Below, piece by piece: positions 13,746 through 24,936 of a stretch of DNA of 64,000 bases. Position numbers and translations under genes: made by a program. The notes under the pieces are model-generated. The model worked only from the letters and a program-made list of their open reading frames with translations, was not told the DNA's origin and searched no databases. This stretch comes from Podarcis pityusensis. Taxonomy: Eukaryota. How positions within the stretch are numbered: the stretch's first letter is position 1; each line of letters begins with the position of its first letter. The stretch is from assembly GCA_964106645.2 (NCBI GenBank), contig OZ067039.1. One strand, given 5' to 3'.

Positions 13746-14433
13746 TGTGTTCCCGAGAACAAAGTCTGCTTCTCTCCAGATCGGGCAGGTCTCCGTGCAG
13801 TCCTGATGGGGCTGCGGTGCCTGGGCAGGTGTTTATTCTTCGTCACATCCTCTCTGTAGTTTCTTCACCCCCCCTCTCCCCTCCTTCTCTTGTTATTTGC
13901 CTCTGCTGACACATTCTCCCCGAGATCCGTCTGCCCCAGAGAAGGGTTTTCATGTCGAGAGCCAAAATTGTGTTGTAGGCACGCACACACTTCGGCTGCG
14001 TGCAGCTCTGCTGACGCAGCAGCCCCACTTAGTGCTGGGGTCATGTTTGGAGCCCATGAATAAGCTCACACAAGGATCATTTGGGGATTAAAAAAAAAAA
14101 AGTTTGACTTCGTTGCACATTGGCCAAGATCCAGCGTTGCCCTCCCCTGCAGGGAGGGAGATTAATAGCCCTCAGCAGCAGCGGCGGCTTGGGAAGAAAG
14201 GGACCATTGTCTTCTATCTGTTTCTTTCGTAGGGGATAGGGGTGAAGGCGATTACTTGGGAGGGAGGAGTGGATTGCTGCAGCTCTCCAGCAGCTCATGC
14301 CTGGCTCAGTGCCTAGCAAATGATGGGTGGAGGGCAAGGGGCTGGGAGTGTGAGATCCACTGTCTTTTGGTCTGTCAAATGCAAGGAACAAGGAGTCTTC
14401 TTAACTCTATGTTGTGCAGCACAAATGTGTGCT

Positions 14434-14435
14434 TT

Positions 14436-14477
<42 letters not shown>
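14434..14477. repeat. (TTTC)11 microsatellite
   Basis: Read directly from the sequence. Confidence 0.96.
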
Positions 14478-14481
<4 letters not shown>

Positions 14482-14637
14482 TGCTTAGGACTGTCAGGTG
14501 GAATCCTTCAGCTGCTTGGACCTCCAAGCTTTTGTATCACCACCTGAGAACTGACTTCATAGTAAGCCTGAACTTAGGTTCAAGGGGAAATCTTAAATAC
14601 TTCTAAAGTTTGAAGAGGCAGAGTATTTTTGTGATTA

Positions 14638-14875
14638 CAGTGGTACCTCTAGTTACGAACTTAATTCGTTCCGGAGGTCCGTTCTTAGCCTGAAACTGTT
14701 AACTAGAGGCGTGCTTTCGCTAATGGGGCCTCTTGCTGCTACTGCGCTGCCGGCACACAATTTCCGTTCTCATCCTGAGGTAAAGTTCTCAATTCGAGGT
14801 AACTCTTCCAGGTTAGCGGAGTTTGTAACCTGAAGCCTTTGTAACCTGAGGCGTTTGTAACTCGAGGTACCACTG
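14638..14875. mobile_element. Tc1/mariner (Tigger/pogo-like) MITE, family B copy 1
   Basis: TA|CAGTGGTACCTC...GAGGTACCACTG|TA, with subterminal (t)aacctga repeats. Confidence 0.9.
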
Positions 14876-16827
14876 TAGTTGGGATTGATTTTCACCTTCC
14901 CTCTGTCCTTTATCTACTTTCTCATGAGTCATGGGGGGAAGTTAAGGAAACCTGAGCTCTTTTGATTACTGAATAAGAAGAGGTGCTGAAAGAAAACCAC
15001 CTTTGAAAATCTCAAATGAATTCTTATGGTCAAGGGAAGCTTCATTTTGTAAAGCAGCATACTTGTAGTCTCAAACTTGTTTAAATAGACAAACCTGTTT
15101 AAGTAGTTTGCAGAAGTTGCCTTGATGTGACCTAGTCATTTAAATGAAGATTGCTTTTTGTTGTTGTTATTGTTGCTTTTGACAAATATTCGAGTTTTCA
15201 CCCTTTGAGACCATTTACCTGAATTCACATTGAGTGTACTCATCAAAATTGAAGCAGGCTTTTTGTTTCCTCCATTGTAGCACAGCACACACGGTATAAC
15301 TGGCCAGTGACTACTCCTGCAGCAGCTTCATTCAAAAATGAATGGGTGTTTCATGGCAACTGTGCTGGGTCGATTGTACTTAGAGAACTCAAAAAACCAT
15401 CAAATTACAAATCTGGGAATGCTAAAGAGAAAGGCAATCACAAAGTGACATTTTTAAGAGTTTGAAAGCAAAGTTCAAATACTCGGTGTTAAAAATGAAT
15501 TTACTTGTTGAAAACGTTGGCTGGTCAAATTTGGATGCTGTTTTCGCTCTACAATGAACTTTCACTGTCTTCTGAGCGCACAATTGAAGTTTGACCGTTA
15601 TGATTTTGCTTCCTCCTGTTCCTCTACATTCTCAAATCTTAGAGCTGGTTCGCACTTTCTGATGGCAGTATTCAGAGACACCTTTTTCGCACTTGTAGAC
15701 CATTCTCAGCTGCAGCATCTTCCATGATCTTCTGACCACCCAAAATGGACACTTTGGAGATGTTATAGTAGGAGGTTGCAGCGTCGAGTCTAATGTCAAG
15801 TTCACATGTCCTGTCTTTAGTGTCTCTGTTAAACTGACAACTGCCCCCAAGGACTTCAGTAGAAAGGAGAGAAGCAGAGGAAACAGGCCTGAAATTAATA
15901 TTAATGGCATTCAATACATGGGCAGAAAAGCACCTGGCTCCTCTTTCTGGTGTAGTGAGGCCTTTGGTTTGGGTATGTTGCAGCAGCAGCAGCTGCTTGG
16001 GAAGTGGAGGCTAGTGTTGTATGCTACACAATGATTCCCAAAAGGGGGTCTCGAGTTTCTTATTCTCACAGCTTGGTTTGTGCAGCTGAGTTTTATTATG
16101 TCTCTGAGAACAATATTCTCCCTGCCATGGAGCTAACATTTGGGGGCCTTTCCTGGGGCAGACATTTCCTTTGCTGATCTCAAATTCACCTGCTTTCTTT
16201 CCTGGCTCTGCTTGTTGACAGCTAAGAGCACAAAGAGTTGTGAATTGAGCTCTGTGTGTCTACAGCAGTATGAAGGTGTCAGCCTTTCATACACATGGAG
16301 TGGTCATAGGTTATTCAGAGAAGGATCTGAGGTGCTATTTGTTGTGGGCAAAGAATACATGCACTTGGGTTGTACAGCTGCTTTCTTTTCTTGGAATTGG
16401 CATTTATGAAGAAGACAATGCTTGCCTTACTGGGGAAAAGGGCCACAAGTGAAACTGTTTTGACATGTAAATCAAAGCCAGGAAACCTTACATTTCTGTC
16501 CTCCCAAGTATGATTGGAACCAGCACTTAATCATGTGATCCACTGCCAACTCATTGGTTTAAAAAAATCATTAATTGATGGCATCAGAACCAACTAGGAT
16601 GTCCTGTTGCTGTCTAGTTCCTAGTTTATATTTCTTACCAAGATGATCAAAGCAGTTTCAGTCCTCAATCTAGGTTGGCACCTAGATGGCAGTGGATCCA
16701 GATTATTCACTTCATAAAAGACCACCTGGAGTTGGGTTGTTGCAATACACTTTAGCACCTTGTTTAAAAAGAATAGATTAGTCACTGGGCGATAATAATA
16801 CACCATGGAATTATTCATGGAGATATA

Positions 16828-17735
16828 CCGTATTTTTCGCCCTATAGGACGCACCGGCCCATAGGACGCACCTAGATTTTTTTTGGGGGGGGGAATAAAG
16901 GGGGGGAATTATTTCCCCCCCCGGCGCGGGGCTGGGGCGGGGGAAGCCCGAGCTTCCCCCGCCCCCAGCCCCCAGAGCAGGTCGGAGAGCGCTGGCGAAG
17001 GTGAGCGCACCTTCGCCATCGCTCCCGGAGCTTGCAGGGCTGGGGGTGGGGGAAGCCCGAGCTTCCCCAGCCCCCAGAAAGGGCCTGAGAGCGCTGGCGA
17101 AGGTGAGCGCACCTTCGCCATCGCTCCCGGAGCTTGCGGGGCTGGGGGTAGGGGAAGCCAGAGCTTCCCCCGCCCCCAGCCCCCAGAGCAGGTCGGAGAG
17201 CGCTGGCGAAGGTGAGCGCACCTTCGCCATCGCTCCCGGAGCTTGCAGGGCTGGGGGTGGGGGAAGCCCGAGCTTCCCCAGCCCCCAGAAAGGGTCCGAG
17301 AGCGCTGGCGAAGGTGAGCGCACCTTCGCCATCGCTCCCGGAGCTTGCGGGGCTGGGGGTGGGGGAAGCCAGAGCTTCCCCCGACCCCAGCCCCCAGAAC
17401 AGGTCGGAGAGCGATGGCGATGGTGCGCGCACGTTCGCCATCGCTCTCGGAGCTTGCGAGGCTGCGGGCGGGGGAAGCTGGAGCTTCCCCAGCCCCCCCC
17501 CGAACGGGTCGGAGAGCGATGGCGAAGCTGCGCACAGCTTTGGCATCGCTCTGGGAGCTTGCCGGGCTGGGGGGATAGCTTCCTGAAGCCTGGAGAGCAA
17601 GAGGGGTCGGTGCGCACCGACCCCTCTCACTCTCCAGGCTTCAGCGAAAGCCTGCATTCGCCCCATAGGACGCACACACATTTCCCCTTCATTTTTGGAG
17701 GGGAAAAAGTGCGTCCTATAGGGCGAAAAATACGG
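16828..17735 (+). mobile_element. Tc2/pogo-like MITE (family E copy 1) carrying a GC-rich hairpin tandem array
   Basis: Perfect 27-bp TIR CCGTATTTTTCGCCCTATAGGACGCAC (16828-16854, 17709-17735) with TA on both sides. Orientation is arbitrary, defined relative to copy 2. Confidence 0.92.
16929..17570. repeat. Six-monomer GC-rich tandem array; 102/109-bp alternation gives a 211-bp higher-order unit
   Basis: The anchor GAGAGCG(C/A)TGGCGA recurs at 16985, 17087, 17196, 17298, 17407 and 17512 (spacings 102, 109, 102, 109, 105). Confidence 0.93.
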
Positions 17736-18370
17736 TAATTTTTCCCTAGTATCTGTAATAGTTTCCCCAGAGCTTCCTTTAACACTGCTGGCATGTGATC
17801 AAGCATTTATCACCTGCTTCACTCCTTTAAACAGCCTTCTTTGGCAGTTTTAAGCCGGCATGATGAGCAAGGCTTGAGTATCCATGTGGTTCACCTCAGG
17901 CTTCCACGAATCTTGCCCACTTCCTAAGGTGGAATGAAATGAAAGGCATCCATTACAGTTGTACTTCAGGCACAGCCATTGATCTGGGGCCTTAAATTGG
18001 AATGGATGCAAGTGGTTTCATCCACAGAGTGCCTGTGCTAATGGATGGCAGCAGGTCACCAAGGAGTCCTCCCCACCTTTCTGAGGGTCAAAACAGAACA
18101 AGTGCCCTTTGCCACTTGAAATACCTCTGTAATTTGTGCAGCCCACTGTGCTCTTGCAAGAAGAGTGTTTTGATTCCAGAGGTTGACTAGGGCTTCAACA
18201 GGCCTGTTCCATTGCTGGGAAGCTTCACCAGAGCCATCCAGAATCTCTTTAGATCATAAACATCTGAGGGCAGATCATTGTAGTAGGTCAGGAGTTCTAG
18301 CAAATCTAAACTTTATTGGATAATGCCAGTAGCGGTGGGTGGGTGTGGTGTGGTGGAGATGCTGCTGCTC

Positions 18371-18742
18371 CTTTAAAGCCCTAAACGACCTCGGCCCAGT
18401 ATACCTGAAGGAGCGTATTGTTCACCCCCATTGTTCAGCCCAGACACTGAGGTCCAGCGCCTAGGGCCTTCTGGCGGTTTCCTCACTGTGAGAAGTGAGG
18501 TTACAGGGAACCAGGCAGAGGGCCTTCTCGGTAGTGGCGCCCGTCCTGTGGAACACCCTCCCATCAGATGTCAAGGAAATAAACAACTACTTGGCTTTTA
18601 GAAAACATCTGAAGGCACCCCTGTTTAGGGAAGTTTTTAATGTCTGATGTTTTTAATGTTCTGTTGGGAACCACTCAGAGTGGCTGGGGAGGCCCCGCCA
18701 GATGGGTGGGGTATAAGTAATTAATAGTAATAGTAATAATAA
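18371..18742 (+). mobile_element. 5'-truncated L2 LINE 3' end with (TAA)n-like tail
   Basis: Encodes FKALNDLGPVYLKER...QGTRQRAFSVVAPVLWNTLPSDVKEINNYLAFRKHLKAPLF (the L2 C-terminal RAFS..AP.LWN.LP motif), then a short 3' UTR and taatagtaatagtaataataa. Confidence 0.88.
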
Positions 18743-19971
18743 AAAAAATTATATCTGGACAGGGCTGGGGCAGGGCAGCAGCAAAGTCACATGGGTGCAC
18801 TGGAGGGACTAATCTGAAGCCCCTTCCGATGGACTGGCATGTCCTCAAGATCACTGCTGTCCTGCCTCAGCACTATCTAGATACGTAGCAATGACATGGC
18901 TGTATGGAGGGTCGCTGCACCTCTGCTCATGACAAGTAAGTTTGCTTGTTTGATTTTTGAAAAAAACAACAACATATATGTGATGAAACATTGGAAGGCC
19001 AGAAGGGGTACACTTTGCAGGGTTGGTTTACCAGTATAGCAATTGGCCCCTTTAGCAGGGGGGTGGAGGGTGTAAGTATGTCAGACTTGGAGACACAGCT
19101 TTGTATTCTGCCGTGGAGATCATGAACCCTAAGGCCACCCCAGTTGAGAAGAGTGTTGTCTTTTATTTCAGCAGGACCTGGGGTCTGACTTCAGACTTGG
19201 CTCGCAGGGAATCGTGGTCTAGCTTGATAGGGCCTGGCATATAGTGCGTGTGGGCAAGCAATTAAATTGCTAATGCTCGTAGGTAATCCTGCATCTGGTG
19301 TGGTCTCAGGCTGAGCAGGAGCTGCAAATTTAGTAGGCTCGCCCGGAGCTGTGGCCAAGGCCTAGTCATGCAGAGTGGGCCCATTAATAATGTTCACTTT
19401 AAATCAGTTTAGATTAACCAGTGTCATATCTGTCAGGGATGGTGAGCTGTGAGAGTTTGTTGCTCTTATGAACATTGATTTAGATTAAGTATCTCCCTTG
19501 CTTTTTTTCCCTTTGGCCTTATTATGCTGATATAATTAAAGTTCCAATATTTTCTGGTTTGTGGCAATGCAGAGTCTGGGACAGACGCCGCACTCGTATT
19601 AATCTTTATTAAATGGGAATGTATTTCTCAGAATAGAGGACAACAGCTAATCTTGCCTATCCCCAAATATGCTATCGATGTGGAGATGCTGTAGAGTCAA
19701 TGTGTGAGAGGAAGGCTTTAGAGATCTGTGCTCTGTGCTTTGCTAGGAAACCTGATTTATAAGGAGCCTGGCATATTCTCCCCCACCTCCCCCACTAAGC
19801 ATTTGGGAGAGCTGAAACTCCAGGATAATGGTCTTTGTTTAAAGGATTGCTCTGCAGACCTGTGGAAGGAAGATTTGGCTTTGGCTGCAAAGGAAGTGCC
19901 CCTTTGAACCAAACAATTGTAGAACTTCACCCTAATGACCATGTGGACTATAGCAGGTGCACCTGCACCTG

Positions 19972-20016
19972 CATGTCAGGTGGTTTTGAGTTCTAGAACT
20001 CAAACCACCTGACATG
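19972..20016. repeat. 45-bp near-perfect palindrome with no spacer
   Basis: catgtcaggtggttttgagttct|agaactcaaaccacctgacatg. The left arm has one extra T. Confidence 0.93.
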
Positions 20017-20929
20017 AAGGTTGATTCTGGATTCTGTCACATCAGTTCATCTGTCTGTGCAGAATGGAGAGAGCTGGTTCAGGGCAACAAATCAAAAGAT
20101 ATGTTGGTGAGGATCATTAGTGTGCTCCCATGCCAACCCCTCCCCTGAAAGGCTACTGTTTGACTGTCCTTTGGCATCCATCCTTTCTGACAGGACAACT
20201 GTAGGAGACGGACAGGATAATTAATTGTGCCCCCCCCCGCACATATTTTCATGATGATGGGATTGTGTTCTCTTTGGCTTATTCTGGGACTGGGTGTGTG
20301 AGCTTATGGAAACTAAAGGCTGCTGGCTCTGGATAAGGCTATCAGCAGGAAGGAGATCCATGAGCTTCTATCACAAGGCTTCTGCCAGATTTCTAGTTCC
20401 TGGCCAGCTACATTCCAGCCACACACCCAAGCTCTTCATTTGCAATCCTGTACAAGCTAAATTTCCAGTCCGACTCATGCCAGCACTTGTATTTGACCAT
20501 CGGACACTTGTAGGAGCCTCAGCTGTCTCTTGTTTTGATACAGTCCGACAGATGGACAGACACATTTGGTGCTGCGCATTGGGTATAAGTAATTACCTGC
20601 TTTCATGGGTGATTCAGGGTTGCATTGCCTGCTGCCTGATCTTGGGAGAGATCTCACAATAGCCAGAGCAAAAGATCACTACAAAATTACTAGCTCAGGG
20701 GTTCCTAGCAGAGAGCTTCCTTTCCTAAAGCTATCTGTGTTGTTGCTAAACTTTCCTGACTTTAGTGATCCAGGTCCCAAGTATTCCAATCCTCCTCTAA
20801 CAACTAAGGAGGAAAAATAAATGAGCTGAGGATGTTGTCTCGTGGGTAGGTGGAAGATGACATCTACCACCAAAGCAGCATGGTCTTGATCCAAAATACG
20901 CTGGTAGTAGACCCCTGGTTTTGCTTGTA

Positions 20930-21182
20930 CAGTGGTACCTCGCAAGACGAATGCCTCACAAGACGAAAAACGCGCAAGACGAAAGAGTTTTTCGTTTTTT
21001 GAGTTGCTTCGCAAGACGAATTTCCCTATGGGCTTGCTTCGCAAGACGAAAACGTCTTGCGAGTTTGTTTCCTTTTTCTTAAAACCGTTAATACCCAGGG
21101 TAACCGTGCTTCGCAAGACGAAAAATTCGCAAGACGAAAAAACTCGCAGAACGAATTAATTTCGTCTTGCGAGGCACCACTG
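20930..21182. mobile_element. Tigger/pogo-like MITE family C, rich in CGCAAGACGAA motifs
   Basis: TA|CAGTGGTACCTCGCAAGACGAAT...ATTTCGTCTTGCGAGGCACCACTG|TA. About 10 direct or inverted copies of the inner TIR motif. Confidence 0.9.
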
Positions 21183-21344
21183 TATAATGGAAATATGCAC
21201 AATGTTCTCCTTTGGGAGACTGAGGAAATATTGTGTAGTTCTGGTACTGCTAATACTGCAAGGAACTGCTTTGATATTACTGTTCATTGCCAATTGTTTT
21301 CTAGAAAAGGTTGTCAGTTGGATAAATAGAATATATATACTATA

Positions 21345-21696
21345 AAAGGTAAAGGTAAAGGACCCCTGACAGTTAAGTCCAGTCGCAAACGACTCTGGGG
21401 TTGTGGCTCTCATCTCTCTTTACTGGCTGAGGGAGCTGACGTTTGTCTGCAGACAGTTTTTTCAGGTCATGTGGCCAGCATGACTAAGCCGCTTCTGGCG
21501 AAACCAGCCGTTTATCTTCCCACTGGAGCGGTACCTATTTATCTACTTGCACTTTGACGTGCTTTCGAACTGCTAGGTTGGCAGGAGCTGGGACCGAGCA
21601 ACAGGAGCTCACCCTGTCGCGGGGATTCGAACCGCTGACCTTCCAATTGGCAAGCCCTAGGGTTAGTGGTTTAGACCACAGTGCCACCCACGTGCC
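21345..21696 (-). mobile_element. Sauria SINE (lacertid type), internally deleted
   Basis: The (ACCTTT)n tail reads aaaggtaaaggtaaaggg on +. B-box GGTTCGAATCCC on -. TSD tatatatactata/tatatacactata (1 mismatch). Confidence 0.9.
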
Positions 21697-22163
21697 TATA
21701 TACACTATAGAGACAAGCATATCCAAAGCTCCATAGCTTTTTTAGAAGCAGAACTGGATTGGTGCTTGTCAGTGGTCAGACAGGGTCATCATCCCAGGAC
21801 GTTTTGCTGCCTGAAGTGAAGGACAAGATGGCAACCTCCCCATTCCACATAAAGAAGTTAACCAGACTGGCAGCTGAATCTTCTTCCACTGCATCCTCCA
21901 ACTGAGTAGGCTGCATCACTCTGCTTACTGATAGGACTGGCCCTCCTGGCTGAGCTGAGCTGCAGGCGGTCATTGAGTGGTAGTGGGATCAGGCATCAGA
22001 GCTGGGGGATAGAAAAAGGCCAAAGCGGGTCAAGACACTCATTGAAAAGGCAAAGGCCTAGCCTGAACAGAAAGCTGGTGAGGAGAGCTAATGGCCAGCC
22101 TGGATGGAAGGAGCCACTCCCAAGAGCCAGAAATCCTTTACTGCCTGAGGAAATACTCTAACC

Positions 22164-22275
22164 CAGCTTCCCCAACCTGGTGCCCTCCAGATATTTTGGA
22201 TATAGAACTTCCAGTGGGAGTTGTTATGGGAGTTGTAGTCCCAAACATCTGGAGGCACAAGGTTGGCAAAGGCTG
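22164..22275. mobile_element. ~110-bp palindromic hAT-type mini-MITE (family P, best-preserved copy)
   Basis: Ends CAGCTTCCCCAACCT / AGGTTGGCAAAGGCTG with a fold-back core (ctccagat...atctggag). Perfect TSD ctctaacc (22156-22163, 22276-22283). Degenerate relatives lie near 3345-3475, 6875-6975, 26225-26280, 31015-31150, 33740-33835, 38285-38390, 42598-42700, 44775-44830 and 59025-59190. Confidence 0.8.
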
Positions 22276-24332
22276 CTCTAACCTGTAGTCAGTGGCTTAC
22301 TACATGTGGCAACACTGCAGAAAGCTATCAATTCCAGGTTCCAGCCCCAGCAGTTCCTGATATCAGCTCTTCAAGAGCTAGCAAGAAAGTTGTGTCTTGT
22401 TTGTACATGCCAATTATTTCAAACAGTGGCAATATGGAATTGCCCAATTTTTAAACGATGAAGAGACTGTTCTAGTTTGTTTGGCTCTGGTGAACATTTC
22501 AGTCCTCTGTTTCCATCCTTCCTTCATAAAGGGTTTATCTCTCTGTTTCTTTGTTGAACGAGAAGTGGGCCTTTTCTCTACTTATGATCACTAAAGGTCT
22601 TCTGCAATCATGTTGTTTTAAGTTTTTTTAAAATCAGTGTTTGGAGCTATGAGATACCTCTGTGCACAGCCATATTCTGCTGGTTCACCCCTCCCTCCCT
22701 GATAAATTGCTGCTTGTGTATGATAAATATGGTAAAACTTGGGGGTGACTGCTACTCATTCAATCAGAACAAGCCACAAATTACTGGGTAGTGTAGAGTC
22801 TTAATTTCTTGTTATTTCCGTGTGGTTTCAAAACGGCATAGTAATGAACCACAAAGTGTATCGTCTGGGTAAGCCCTTGGACAGATGTCATTGGGGCTAA
22901 TACTATTTTCTCAATCCCCCAGCCTGCTCACTTCAACAAAGAATGATCTTCCCTTCTTGTCATAAGCTCGTGTTTACATTGCTGCCGTGTGTAGCATTGG
23001 CTCCTTTGCTCCACCCCGGAACGGCTGAATCTCAATGGCGATGGAAGTGGTTTCCCTCTGTTTGGGAGCTGTTGGGATCAGAGTCGCTGGGTTCATGGAG
23101 AGATGATTCCATATCAATCGCCTTTCAGATCTGCTGAAGCCCTGAGCACCCCACCAAGACACGTGGCTGAGCAGTGATAGCTGAGCTTCCCTATTAAATG
23201 CTTCCTGCTGTTGTCTGAATGTACAGCCTCTGTTCTCCCCACCTGCGTTGTCTTGGATCCTCTATCTGAGCCCTGCTGGGGTCTTGGGGCAGGGACCAAA
23301 ACAAAGTGCTTATTTTATGAATGGGGAACGCCAAGTGCCTGAAGCTTGAAATGCACATGGCTCTGCCATGGTCCAGTGCAAAAGTCCATGTGGAGAGAGG
23401 GGGCAGGCAGGCAGGTAATGGTTGCTGAACCTTTGCTTCCACTACATCCAAATTCTATATCCTGCTTCTGATGGTGGCAAGAGTTTCTTAAGGCAATGCA
23501 TAAGCTGGAGATGATGCAGAGTTGTGTGCTCCTTTTGGTTTTTCTGTGTTTTTGAATTTTGGTAATGGAGGTGGTAGCCTTTACCTCGAAGATCAAATAC
23601 ATTCTGGGTCCATGGTAATGAACATTCATTACAAAATGTGGCAAAATGGAGGTCCTGCACAACAAACCTTCTTCCCCCAAATGCTGGACTTTTTGTGATA
23701 AGGGGAAATGCACTGTGAAGTGTTGGACAACACTTGCTTGACATTGTCTAATCTCCCTGCAAACAAAGAAGGGTGAATGCTCAGCAAGCAGGTCATCTAC
23801 AGGGGTCCTACAACTTCAATTGTGCAACCTGAATTTGCCAGCGTGTGATTGTATCCCACCCCAAAATAGTGACGTTCTGAAACCACCCTCAGTTTTTAAT
23901 AAAGCAGCAAAGTTAAGAAACAGATTGTGTTGGGAAGGAAGGGAATGCCAGGGCTGATTCAAAAAAACATTTCCTCCACGCATAAATATCTGCGGAACTG
24001 ACTCACCCCATCTCTTCCAGCAGGTGTCAGCGCAGAGCACAGAACGGTAGCTTGGGGATGGACAAGTAGAGAAGAAGGGAGGGGGGGCTTTGAAATGCAG
24101 TACCATAAAAAAAGCCCTCCTTTTGCACTGCTTCTCAGCACCCTGTGAGCCCCGTAGAACTGGGAAGGGTTCCCCTGAAAAGGCTGCAAAGTGTGTTTCA
24201 GGCAGATAAGTCTTTGCCTTTGAAGTATGGCAGCAAACTAAAGCGCCTCCCTCTTGTTGTTGCTGCCAGCCACTGAGAATTAATCACAGCCACATACAGA
24301 TAAGAGTACAAAGCAACACAGAGCATTGTGCC

Positions 24333-24349
24333 AGAGAGAGAGAGAGAGA

Positions 24350-24384
<35 letters not shown>

Positions 24385-24392
24385 AGGCAAGC
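24333..24392. repeat. Compound (AG)n(GGCA)n microsatellite
   Basis: Read directly from the sequence. Confidence 0.95.
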
Positions 24393-24695
24393 AAGAATGA
24401 GAGACATGTGGTGGGGTGGACCCAGGGAAAGGAAGGACGGATCCAGAGTAGGAAGGTCAGGAGGAACAGAATTTGGCAGGCAGGCAGGAGGTGCGAGTCC
24501 TATTCGGAGTCCTCTGGCAGTGTGGAAATGTTGGCAAACTGTTCTGACTCTCTTTCCTTTGTACTTTGCATCTCTTTGCTTGATGCAGCTCTCATTTTAG
24601 GGAACATTCTATCTTTGACTCCATAGAGCAGAAATACAAATTTGTGGTCTTTGGGAGATCTTTCTCTCTCTCTCTTTCTGTGTAGGATATATATA

Positions 24696-24936
24696 CAGTG
24701 GTACCTCGGGTTAAGTACTTAATTCGTTCCAGAGGTCCGTTCTTAACCTGAAACTGTTCTTAACCTGAAGCACCACTTTAGCTAATGGGGCCTCCTGCTG
24801 CTGCTGTGCCGCCGGAGCACAGTTTCTGTTCTCATCCTGAAAAAAGTTCTTAACCTGAGGTACTATTTCTGGGTTAGTGGAGTCTGTAACCTGAAGTGTA
24901 TGTAACCTGAAGTGTATGTAACCCGAGGTGCCACTG
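24696..24936. mobile_element. Tigger/pogo-like MITE family B copy 2
   Basis: TA|CAGTGGTACCTCGGGTTA...TAACCCGAGGTGCCACTG|TA. Collinear with 14638-14875. Confidence 0.92.

Larger units (their letters stand above)
16480..18280 (-). mobile_element. Ancient degraded L2 LINE ORF2 (reverse-transcriptase N-terminal region), split by the 16828-17735 MITE
   Basis: Minus-strand peptides in L2 order: EVGKIRGSLR*TTWILKPCSS, MPAVLKEAL, [MITE], YRPVTNLFFLNKVLKCIATTQLQ...LDPLPSRCQPRLRTETALIILV, ELDSNRTS*LVL, WFQSYL. These correspond to the L2/CR1-clade motifs PTTC.LDP.PS, P..LK.A, YRPISNLPFLSK, LDP.QSGFR...TETAL and WF.SYL. Many stops and frameshifts. Confidence 0.8.

Noticed and set aside
15600-15914. Polypyrimidine tract plus AG at about 15642 and nearby ORFs as a possible exon
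   Set aside because: Forward frames hit stops quickly, there is no plexin similarity, and no convincing donor was found.
16929-17570. CRISPR-like or integron-like interpretation of the palindromic arrays (also 40415-40765 and 20930-21182)
   Set aside because: There are no unique spacers or cassettes between repeats and no cas or integrase genes. The context is a vertebrate intron and the arrays are bounded by TIRs with TA duplications.
16811-17738. Long overlapping ORFs (up to 269 aa) on both strands
   Set aside because: They result from stop-poor GC-rich tandem repeats inside a MITE. The peptides are repetitive and low complexity, with no transposase motifs.
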